Assembly (NCBI GenBank): GCA_000004985.1
Contig: GG738876.1
Length of the DNA: 64,000 nt
Strand: one strand, 5' to 3'
Source of the DNA: Naegleria gruberi
Taxonomy: Eukaryota
Shown here: piece after piece, positions 29,048 to 37,238 of the stretch
How the letters are laid out: each line of letters opens with the position of its first letter
Numbering within the stretch: position 1 is the first letter of the stretch
Notes under the pieces: generated by a model
Seen by the model: the letters and a program-made list of their open reading frames with translations, nothing else
Database searches by the model: none
What the model was told of the DNA's origin: nothing
Translations under genes and position numbers: made by a program

Positions 29048-32017
29048 ATGTCTTCGTACGGAACGCACGGCGATGGTGGAGATGGGTTGGAATCGAGTAA
29101 ACAACTCAATGTGCTCCAAAAGATTGCTAGAAATAGAGTGGTGAATATTGTTGGTGCGATAATATTATCAATTATTTTATTATTGAGTATTGGATGTTGT
29201 GTTGTTGTTGGTGTGCTTCATTCACATTTGCTTTTCCAATGTGGATTTGCTGAATTTATATTTATGTTACTTCTTGAAGGCGCTACATTCTTCTTCTGTA
29301 TTTATCACTTGTACAATATTTACAAGTTTTTCAAGACTAGAGCACGACACTCTGGTAAGAAGGGAATTTCCGCTATTGTTGCTGCTTTATGTTCATCAGA
29401 AGTAAATCAATACAATGCATATTCTGATTCCAGACAAGGAAATGAAGAAGATGATTTTGATGATGAAGAAGATGATGAAGATGACGAAGAAGAGGAGGAA
29501 GAAGAAAGCAAATTTTCCAAGTTTGTTGTCGGCTTTTTGAAGATTGCTGCCAATGCTATTGCTGTTTTATGTTTCATCATTTTGGTACTTTTCACAGTTG
29601 TTGTCGTTCCATTGCAACAACAAACCTACCCAACTTATAACGGTACTCTTAAACTTCCAAAGTTTACACCAAAGGGATCTTCTGCTCCTACAATTTCACG
29701 TGAAAGTAATGGTGTTGTTCACATCAAGGCTTCACACGATTATGATTTATATTTCGCACAAGGTGTAGCTGTTGCTCAAGATCGTTTGTGGCAATTGGAA
29801 TTTAATCGTAGATTGTCAAATGGTATTTTGGCTGAAGTTGCTGGTGCTGATGCTGTCAATGTTGACAGTTGGTTCAGAACTCTCGGATTTGCTCGTTCTG
29901 CTGCCAACATTTTACCAACCATTGATGCTGAAACTCTTTCATTCATTCAAGCATATTGTGATGGTATTAACTCTTATATTAATAGTAATCCACCACTTCA
30001 ACCTGAATTTGTTCTCCTCAACACTAAACCAGTTGAATGGACTCCAAGTGATGTTATTGCTTATATGAAGTTTGTTTCATTCTCTCTTTCTGATAATATG
30101 GAAAAGGAAGTTTGGAGATTCAAGATGATGCAAAGAAATATCACAAAGGACAGAGTTAACGAATTGGTTCCTTTCTACCCAACTGATATGCCAACTATTT
30201 TGAGTTTGGAAGAAATGAATTTGCAAAACGTTCCAGTTGAAGAAAGAGAAAAGATTGAAAAGGCTCAACAAGATGATTCTGCTGCTTTTATTCCAAAGGC
30301 TATTCACAATTTGACCATGTCTGTCATGGAAGAAATGTTCGCTTCATTGGAAGAATCTGGTGAATGGGGTAAACAAGCTGTCAGATCAGTTTTGAAGGGT
30401 ATGGTTGCTCCAGATATCACTGGTAACAAGGCCTCAAACAATTGGGTTCTCGGAACCAAGATTACAGCAAACAATGGATCATTGTTGGCTAACGATCCTC
30501 ATTTGGATTTGACTGCTCCAGGTATTTGGTATTTGGCTCATTTGGAAGGTCCAACTCACAATGTTATTGGTTCTACTTTTGTTGGTCTTCCAGGTATTGT
30601 TATTGGTAAGAATGATTTCATTTCATGGGGTGTTACTACTGGTCTTGTTGATGCTCAAGATTTGTACGTCATGTCCGAAGTTGAAGAAGGTAAAACTTAC
30701 AACTACAATGGTAAAGTTCTCCAATATGAAACTCGTACCGAAACTATTAATGTTAAGGGAGCTGCTGCCAAGACTATTACTGTTAAGGAATCTGTCTACG
30801 GTCCAGTTATTAATGACCACTACCAAGTTGATGGTAACGTTTTGTGTTTGAAGTCTTTGACTACCTACACTAATGATACCACACTCCAAGCTTTCCTCAA
30901 GTTGAACAGAGAAGCTAAGGATTGGAACTCATTTGTTGATGTTGTCTCCTTGTTCGTTTCCCCATCCCAAAACTTTGTCTTTGCTGACAAGAGTGGTAAC
31001 ATTGGTTACTATTTGGCTGGTTTGGTTCCAATTAGAAAGGAAGGTCACAATGGTAGATTCCCAGTTATTGGTGATGGTAGCTATGATTGGCAAGGATTTA
31101 TTCCAGCTGCTGAAAAGCCAAGCGTTTACAATCCAAAGAAGGATTACATTGCTTCTGCAAACAACAGAGTTACTCCTGTTGGTTACAAGTACAGTATTAC
31201 CCAAGATTGGTACTCTTTCTATAGAGCTAGCAGAATTGTCTCATTGATTGAAACTGCTATTGAAAAGGGAACTCCACTCAATTTTGAATACATGAAGAAG
31301 ATGCAACACGACGTTCACTCACCAGTCTTTGATCAATTCAAGTTTGTTTTTGAAGCTATTCCAAAGTTCAGAAATCTCACTGAAAATAAGGAAAAGTTGA
31401 GAGAAAAGTTGATTAATTGGGACGGTGATGAAATTTTGTACTCTCAATCTGCTTCCATCTTTGAAATGTGGTACAAGATTATGGGTAACCTCACCAAGGT
31501 TGAAACTGTCAATAGATGGTCTTTCGGTCCATATCTTTACAATGCCTTGAAGAATGGTGATAGTGCTTGTGAAAATTATCACAACACTACTTGTATGTTG
31601 TTCGCTATTGACAGCTTTGAAAATGCCATTGATGCTCTTGAAGCCACTTACGGTTCTATTCCATTGTGGGGTTCTGATATTCACGAATCTGAATTCCCTA
31701 ACCCGGTAATGGATAATACTGTTCTCAAATGTTTGGCTGGAGCTACTCGTACTACTGTTGGTGGTTCTTCAACCATTAATGTTGGTGAAACTCAATATCC
31801 TGCCCTCAATTCAAGATGGGGTGTTTCTTATAGACAAGTTGTTGATTGGCGAGGCAATCAAGCTTCATTCATCATTCCACTCGGTCAATCTGGTAACTTC
31901 TTATCTCCTCTTTACACCAACTTGTTAGAAATGTGGTCTGACCCAACTGGTCAATACTTGGACATGAAATCTGCTGGTTACACTGCAACCAATACCCTTT
32001 CTCTTTCCTCTCAATAA
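29048..32017 (+). CDS. Penicillin/acyl-homoserine-lactone acylase family Ntn-hydrolase (peptidase S45), anchored by three N-terminal TM helices
   Basis: The ATG at 29048 follows agaaaaa. Family motifs are YFAQGVAVAQDRLWQLEFNRR and the beta-chain start S-NNWVLG...LLANDPHLDLTAPGIWYLAHL. The nucleophile Ser codon is at 30434..30436. Three N-terminal TM helices flank an acidic run (EEDDFDDEEDDEDDEEEEEEE). Codon use is typical of the host. Confidence 0.85.
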   Translation: MSSYGTHGDGGDGLESSKQLNVLQKIARNRVVNIVGAIILSIILLLSIGCCVVVGVLHSHLLFQCGFAEFIFMLLLEGATFFFCIYHLYNIYKFFKTRARHSGKKGISAIVAALCSSEVNQYNAYSDSRQGNEEDDFDDEEDDEDDEEEEEEESKFSKFVVGFLKIAANAIAVLCFIILVLFTVVVVPLQQQTYPTYNGTLKLPKFTPKGSSAPTISRESNGVVHIKASHDYDLYFAQGVAVAQDRLWQLEFNRRLSNGILAEVAGADAVNVDSWFRTLGFARSAANILPTIDAETLSFIQAYCDGINSYINSNPPLQPEFVLLNTKPVEWTPSDVIAYMKFVSFSLSDNMEKEVWRFKMMQRNITKDRVNELVPFYPTDMPTILSLEEMNLQNVPVEEREKIEKAQQDDSAAFIPKAIHNLTMSVMEEMFASLEESGEWGKQAVRSVLKGMVAPDITGNKASNNWVLGTKITANNGSLLANDPHLDLTAPGIWYLAHLEGPTHNVIGSTFVGLPGIVIGKNDFISWGVTTGLVDAQDLYVMSEVEEGKTYNYNGKVLQYETRTETINVKGAAAKTITVKESVYGPVINDHYQVDGNVLCLKSLTTYTNDTTLQAFLKLNREAKDWNSFVDVVSLFVSPSQNFVFADKSGNIGYYLAGLVPIRKEGHNGRFPVIGDGSYDWQGFIPAAEKPSVYNPKKDYIASANNRVTPVGYKYSITQDWYSFYRASRIVSLIETAIEKGTPLNFEYMKKMQHDVHSPVFDQFKFVFEAIPKFRNLTENKEKLREKLINWDGDEILYSQSASIFEMWYKIMGNLTKVETVNRWSFGPYLYNALKNGDSACENYHNTTCMLFAIDSFENAIDALEATYGSIPLWGSDIHESEFPNPVMDNTVLKCLAGATRTTVGGSSTINVGETQYPALNSRWGVSYRQVVDWRGNQASFIIPLGQSGNFLSPLYTNLLEMWSDPTGQYLDMKSAGYTATNTLSLSSQ

Positions 32018-32195
32018 TTTAAAGTCATTATTAAATAAATAATCTAGTTTGTATATATTTACTGTTGTTGTTAATATGAAAGAAGCGTTTCTGTGGCGAA
32101 ATTCAACATCTTCAACTGGATTCACTGAGGTTTGATCATTGTCACTTTTCAATATCTTCCTGAAAAGGGCACAAACTAAAGTTGAAAAAAACAAA

Positions 32196-33590
32196 ATGAC
32201 CAATGCCAGTTCTTCCACAACACGAACAACAAGTGCAAGCTACAGACAGCAAAAATTGAAAAGTAAACAAATAGATAATCAACTGTACGGAAATTTATCA
32301 GCACAACTTGTCTCCACCAACAACAATCAGCTCCAACTTGAACAATTACAAAAAACAACGAGACCTCTTCGAATATTATTGATGGGACCAAGAAATTGCG
32401 GAATTAAAACCTTTCTAATGAATGCTCTTGATATGGAAGCTGATGATTTCATGATTCGAACCATGTTATCAATGTCTCATAGAGTGAATCAAATTTCGAA
32501 TAGTAATCTTGCTGGACTTGATGATACAGAACTTACACGTCCATTGACTTTTCAACAAAAGGCAGAGGGTCTCTTTTCAGAGAAGAATAGAAATCTGACG
32601 CTCAATGTGTACATGTATATTTGTAGAGGAATCAAAGTTTTTGTAAAATGGGAATGGAAATATTTTGAAAGATTGAAGAGGAAAATTCATGAAAATTATG
32701 AACATCATCATTATCATGAGGAACATTTTGATTTGGTTTATAATTGGGAAGGTGACGAAGATGGTAAATTATTGGATGAGTTGATAAATGATTGTCGAGA
32801 GCAGAAACAATTGAATTCCAAAATTATTTCAATTTATTCCAAAATTGTGAATTATGGAAAAAAGGAAGTAATGAACGAATTTTACAATTCATTATTAAGA
32901 TCGACAAATATTAGATATTTGGATAATATTCAATAGTATGTTTGTCATAAGTTCAAATTTCATTCAAAAAATTTCAGTTTTTTCACACTTGATGCTTTCA
33001 ATAGAATTACTTCCAATGATTACAAGCCACTCAACCAAGATTTGCTCAAATCTCATCATCCAGACGATAAGGGAATTATTTCAATTCGGAGGGATGAGTT
33101 TGAATTTATTGACATTACAGGTCAATTGAATGAAAGAAGAAAGTGGATTCATCAATTTTCCAACTCTATTGATGTTATAATGTTCTTCATTCCAATTTCA
33201 GATTACAATCTAATCAATCCACTGACTGGAATGAATAGACTTGATGAGGCTTTTCATTTATACAATGAAATTCAAACAACGAAACTTTTTGAGAGAGCTG
33301 ACATTTCAATCATGTTAACAAAAATGGATTTGTTTAAAAAGAAACTAGTTTTGGATCCAATTTCGAATTATTTTGAAAAGTTTCAAGCGTCGAATGGAAA
33401 TTTAAAAGAAACTATGGAAGTGATGAGAGGAATATTTAGTCAAAATTTTGGGGAAGATTCGAATTATAGGAGACTGTTTGTGCATCAGGTTGATTTGACT
33501 GATGTGAATGATTTTAAAGTGGTTTATAGAGGAATTTCCAGTTCTCTTCGATTGGGAACTTTCATTTCAATTTTTGCTAGAAGGAGATGA
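32196..33590 (+). CDS. Divergent heterotrimeric G-protein alpha-subunit-like protein, two exons
   Basis: The ATG at 32196 follows aaaaaaacaaa. Exon 1 is 32196..32935, the intron is 32936..32977 (42 nt, gtatgt...tttcag) and exon 2 is 32978..33590. The splice restores ...RYLDNIQ|YFFTLDAFNRITSNDYKPLNQDLLKSHH...FEFIDITGQLNERRKWIHQF...DVIMFFIPISDYN...NRLDEAFHLYNEI...MLTKMDLFKKKL. This is collinear with G-alpha (DVGGQRSERKKWIHCF, NRM.ES, NK.DLF). Confidence 0.8.
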
Positions 33591-33613
33591 AACCTTTCGA
33601 ATAATTTACAATT

Positions 33614-35056
33614 TTATTGAGAATTTTGATGTTTCATAACCAAACCATGAATCTTTTTAACTCTCATTTCCTTGAGGAATTCCATCGAAAGTTTGAACCT
33701 GTAATGAGAATCCAACATTACAATTTCAATTTCCTTCTCCAAGAAATCAAACAAATCGTCTGGAAGCGACGAAATTTGACGATTCTTATACAATTCAATT
33801 TGAAACAAAACATCATGTGTGGACTTCTTATCAATATTTACAGATTTAGGGCCATTAACATTCAGGAATTCTTCATATATTTCCTGAGCTAATTGGAATT
33901 TCTTTGCTTCAACAACTTCTAATTCAGTTTCGAGTTCTTGAGTAGTTGAAAGATTTTTCTTTCTCTTGGTTGTTGGTTGACCAACACTGAGAGAAGTATT
34001 GGATTTGGAAGACTGATCAACAACAGAGATGGTGGAAGGAGTTGCGTTATTGGAAACTTCAGATAATTCGAAAGAAACGCTACCTAAACTATTAGAACTT
34101 TCAGTTTCTTCACTCAATGTTTGAACCAATTCAATTTGATATTCACACAATCGCTTGTACTGCTGAACTTTTTCAAGGAATTCAAAGTTTTCAGAGTTAA
34201 ATTCCTTCTTACAATGATTCTTAAAGAGATTTCTCAATCTGTCATTATTCATGGTGTGTGAAATGTCAACTGCTAGTGCTTCTCTTAATTTTTGAACATT
34301 GTTGGAGTCTGATCTAATAGCCAACCCAAAAACAAAGATAATGACTGGAACTGTAACTACAACTGCCAAGCAAATAATTGATAATGAAGTTATGGACATA
34401 GCATTAGTGATTTTTGACACTTGTTCTTGAGAAGCAAGTACATAATCAAGTACAACATCTTGTGCAGTTCTAAAAGTGTTTCTTCTTGCGATATAAGTGG
34501 CGGAAGTAAGCAATCGAACAGCTTCCGTAAAGTTTCCATCTCTAATATTCGAAACAGCTTGAGAATCAGTATCAGTCAAATAATTAACAATTCCCTGCAA
34601 ATTATTTCTATACTGCTGCGAAATACTCTGAGGTATCTTTTGAAGCATATTTTCAGTCAACTCATCATTCACTTTCGAATAATTATTATAATAAGCCAAA
34701 TATCCCTCATTTCCCGAATAGGCAGCCACCAACGTATAAGCTTGAATATAGGCAGTATACGTAGATACCTTCGCTCTAGTAGCCAACAAATCAATATCCT
34801 CATTCATCTGACTATTTTCACTATAAATCAGCAAACCAAGGAGAATGAGGAAAGTAATGGTATTGAGGACCATGGCAACCATTGCAAAGATTTTAATGAA
34901 ATTCAATTCGAGTTTGAAGAAACAGCAGTGGACTGTGAAGGTTTTTGGCTGTTTTTGATGTTTACGAAAGGAATCGTCGAGAGAGGATTGCTGGCGTTTG
35001 AGAGGAGGTGAAGATTCAATGCTTGTTTCGATTGGTTTCTTTGTTTCGTTTTCCAT
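33614..35056 (-). CDS. Membrane receptor-like RGS protein (TM, ~140-aa ectodomain, TM, RGS domain)
   Basis: The hydrophobic helices are at about aa 55-78 and 219-246. The RGS box is at about aa 268-460. Its start is LRNLFKNHCKKEFNSENFEFLEKVQQYKRL and its end is AQEIYEEFLNVNGPKSVNIDKKS...IEIVMLDSHYRFKLS. A Ser/Thr-rich insert of about 70 aa splits the box. Confidence 0.85.
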   Translation of the reverse strand: MENETKKPIETSIESSPPLKRQQSSLDDSFRKHQKQPKTFTVHCCFFKLELNFIKIFAMVAMVLNTITFLILLGLLIYSENSQMNEDIDLLATRAKVSTYTAYIQAYTLVAAYSGNEGYLAYYNNYSKVNDELTENMLQKIPQSISQQYRNNLQGIVNYLTDTDSQAVSNIRDGNFTEAVRLLTSATYIARRNTFRTAQDVVLDYVLASQEQVSKITNAMSITSLSIICLAVVVTVPVIIFVFGLAIRSDSNNVQKLREALAVDISHTMNNDRLRNLFKNHCKKEFNSENFEFLEKVQQYKRLCEYQIELVQTLSEETESSNSLGSVSFELSEVSNNATPSTISVVDQSSKSNTSLSVGQPTTKRKKNLSTTQELETELEVVEAKKFQLAQEIYEEFLNVNGPKSVNIDKKSTHDVLFQIELYKNRQISSLPDDLFDFLEKEIEIVMLDSHYRFKLSMEFLKEMRVKKIHGLVMKHQNSQ

Positions 35057-35980
35057 TGTGTAAGGTGAGAAGAGATGAATTTGGAGAGAAGTAATGCAAA
35101 TGTGTTGCTTAATTTGTTATTGTTGTTGTGGAGGAGGAGTGAATTTGTTTTTTTCAATGTGGAAATTAATTTTTTAACTTTTTAACATGGAGGTATTAAT
35201 AATATGGTGAGAATGAGGATGAGGATTGTAATTTTGGATTTTATATAATCCGAGGGTCTTTCAACTTACATTCTGGTAATACTTCTCGATATCCTGATAA
35301 AAATCAAAAGATTTAAAAAGTTGACCCCGAGTATCTCTCACACGTATGGAGTCAACTAAGGACTTTCCCAAAATGGATATCAATAACGATGAAAAATTAT
35401 TATACATTCCACATTTGAAAATTGTTGAATTTTATCAGTCTGTTCATTCAGCACGTTTCTTTTATTGTGAAATCCGTTTGTTGACTTTTGGCAGCCAGTT
35501 CTGTAACCAGTATACTTGAGGAGCAGATCATGCACACATAACCATCAAGAATGCAATCTTCGTAGCCGGTGATTATATCCTCAATATTAATAAATGTCAA
35601 GTGCCAATCACAATTTCCAATTCAAGAAAATTACGACAACTAACTTATTTCAAGTATAGAACATGAACATATGGACAGTAAAGTATTGGAGGTAGAATAC
35701 CATACTGTTTAATTTGTACAGCTTTTCATATTAGGACACCTAATTGCTTTTAGTGTAAAACCACATACAATTTCATATCCATAAGTTTCCAACACTTTCA
35801 ACTGTAAATCTTTCAAAAACACATTTGTAAACTGTTTTTTTTACCATCATTCTCCTCTGTTGATTAGTCAAAATCAACTTCACCACATTCACCAATTTCA
35901 TGACAAGTTCCAATCATCACCAACACTCATTGTAATGATGATGAACTATTCTAAAATTTTACAATAATTCAAAAAAAAAA

Positions 35981-36970
35981 ATGCAAAATCATACTTCACA
36001 AGTACAGGGTGATTCTTTCTCATTGCCACCTTCTTCATCACCACCACCACCACCACAAGAAGTCTCTACACAACAGCAAACATCGTACTATTCATGGAGT
36101 CCAACTAGTCTTTCAGAAGCTGCCAAACAACAGCAAACAGAGTATTACAGTGGAGGTTCTCCAAGCTATTCACCAACTTCACCGAGCTATTCACCAACTA
36201 CACCCGTCTATGCTCCAACTTCACCAGCATATTCACCAACTTATACTCCAACCTCTCCTTGTTATTCTTATACCTCTCCATATTATAGTACGATTTTTTA
36301 TCTTCCGAGAGAGACAGTGCTGAGTTTTGATTTGGATCAAAGTGTATTGGAAAGGATTGAGAAGGAAACAAGAAATTGGGGAGTGTTGAGGTGGAGAAAT
36401 CCAGAGTTGGGTGAAAGATTTTGGGGACATGTTTATATGAGTGTTGATTCAAAGATTGTGGAAATTATTAGAGAACATTATGGACCGAAGGGATTAATTA
36501 CTAAAGTTAGGGAATTGTTGGGAGAGGTAGGAGAATCGCACTCTACGGTTGAGTATAATGCATTCTTGTTGCCAACACATTTTACTGTAATTGGGAGTAA
36601 GGAGTGGCAACAGGCATTCTTGGGATTGGAGAAGGAGGTTGAGTATTTTACAGTTAAAAATCCTGCAGAAAATGTATTCGAAAGTTCAATTGAGTTTGTG
36701 AATAGTCCATATAAGAGTTATTCAAAATTGTTTAAGGAAGAGAAAATTCAGGAATTGTGCAATTTTACCTATTTTACAAGATCTGGATTTGCAAATTCAC
36801 TTCCCAACGAAATTGTATCCCACATTAAACAATTTCTAATCATTGATCTGAAAGAAAGTGGACGAAAGGTTAAATTCTCAATCACTGGCCAAATTAGTTT
36901 AGTTCCAAGACAGTTTGGAGAAAAGCTTGGTTTCATTCTCCATGTCGATTGTCCAGAAATGAATAATTGA
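35981..36970 (+). CDS. Hypothetical protein with an N-terminal RNA polymerase II CTD-like heptad tract
   Basis: aaaaaaaaaaATG start. After a poly-Pro/Gln region comes [48 protein letters not shown]-terminal region of about 225 aa has no domain I recognise. Confidence 0.75.
   Translation: MQNHTSQVQGDSFSLPPSSSPPPPPQEVSTQQQTSYYSWSPTSLSEAAKQQQTEYYSGGSPSYSPTSPSYSPTTPVYAPTSPAYSPTYTPTSPCYSYTSPYYSTIFYLPRETVLSFDLDQSVLERIEKETRNWGVLRWRNPELGERFWGHVYMSVDSKIVEIIREHYGPKGLITKVRELLGEVGESHSTVEYNAFLLPTHFTVIGSKEWQQAFLGLEKEVEYFTVKNPAENVFESSIEFVNSPYKSYSKLFKEEKIQELCNFTYFTRSGFANSLPNEIVSHIKQFLIIDLKESGRKVKFSITGQISLVPRQFGEKLGFILHVDCPEMNN
36146..36289 (+). repeat. CTD-type heptad repeats (consensus YSPTSPS), about 6 units
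   Basis: Direct translation of codons 36146..36289. One unit is the exact consensus YSPTSPS, and the neighbouring units differ at 1-3 positions. Confidence 0.85.
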
Positions 36971-37238
36971 GAGAGAATACGGATTCCAAAGTATGGACTA
37001 TTCCATTCCTTTAGGACTTGATTGGCGTGATTACAAGTATCCTCAATTACCAAAAAAGGTAGTTATTAAGAATTTTTCAAAGAAGAGAACTCGTGACACA
37101 TTTGAAGAATGCAATATTAAATAAAATCTAAAAGCTTTTTAATAATCCATTTTGGTGGAAAACAAAGCAGTATTATTGGAAACTATTTAGAATATTGATG
37201 ATAAATAACACTTGAATAGCAATTTGTAATATTTGAGT

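Noticed and set aside
35450-35590. An open stretch of about 45 codons on the minus strand (NIEDIITGYEDCILDGYVCMICSSSILVTELAAK...) inside the unusually long (~925 bp) spacer between the RGS gene and the CTD-heptad gene
   Set aside because: There is no start codon, no flanking splice signals I could pair, and no similarity I recognise. It is too short to support as an exon or a gene relic.
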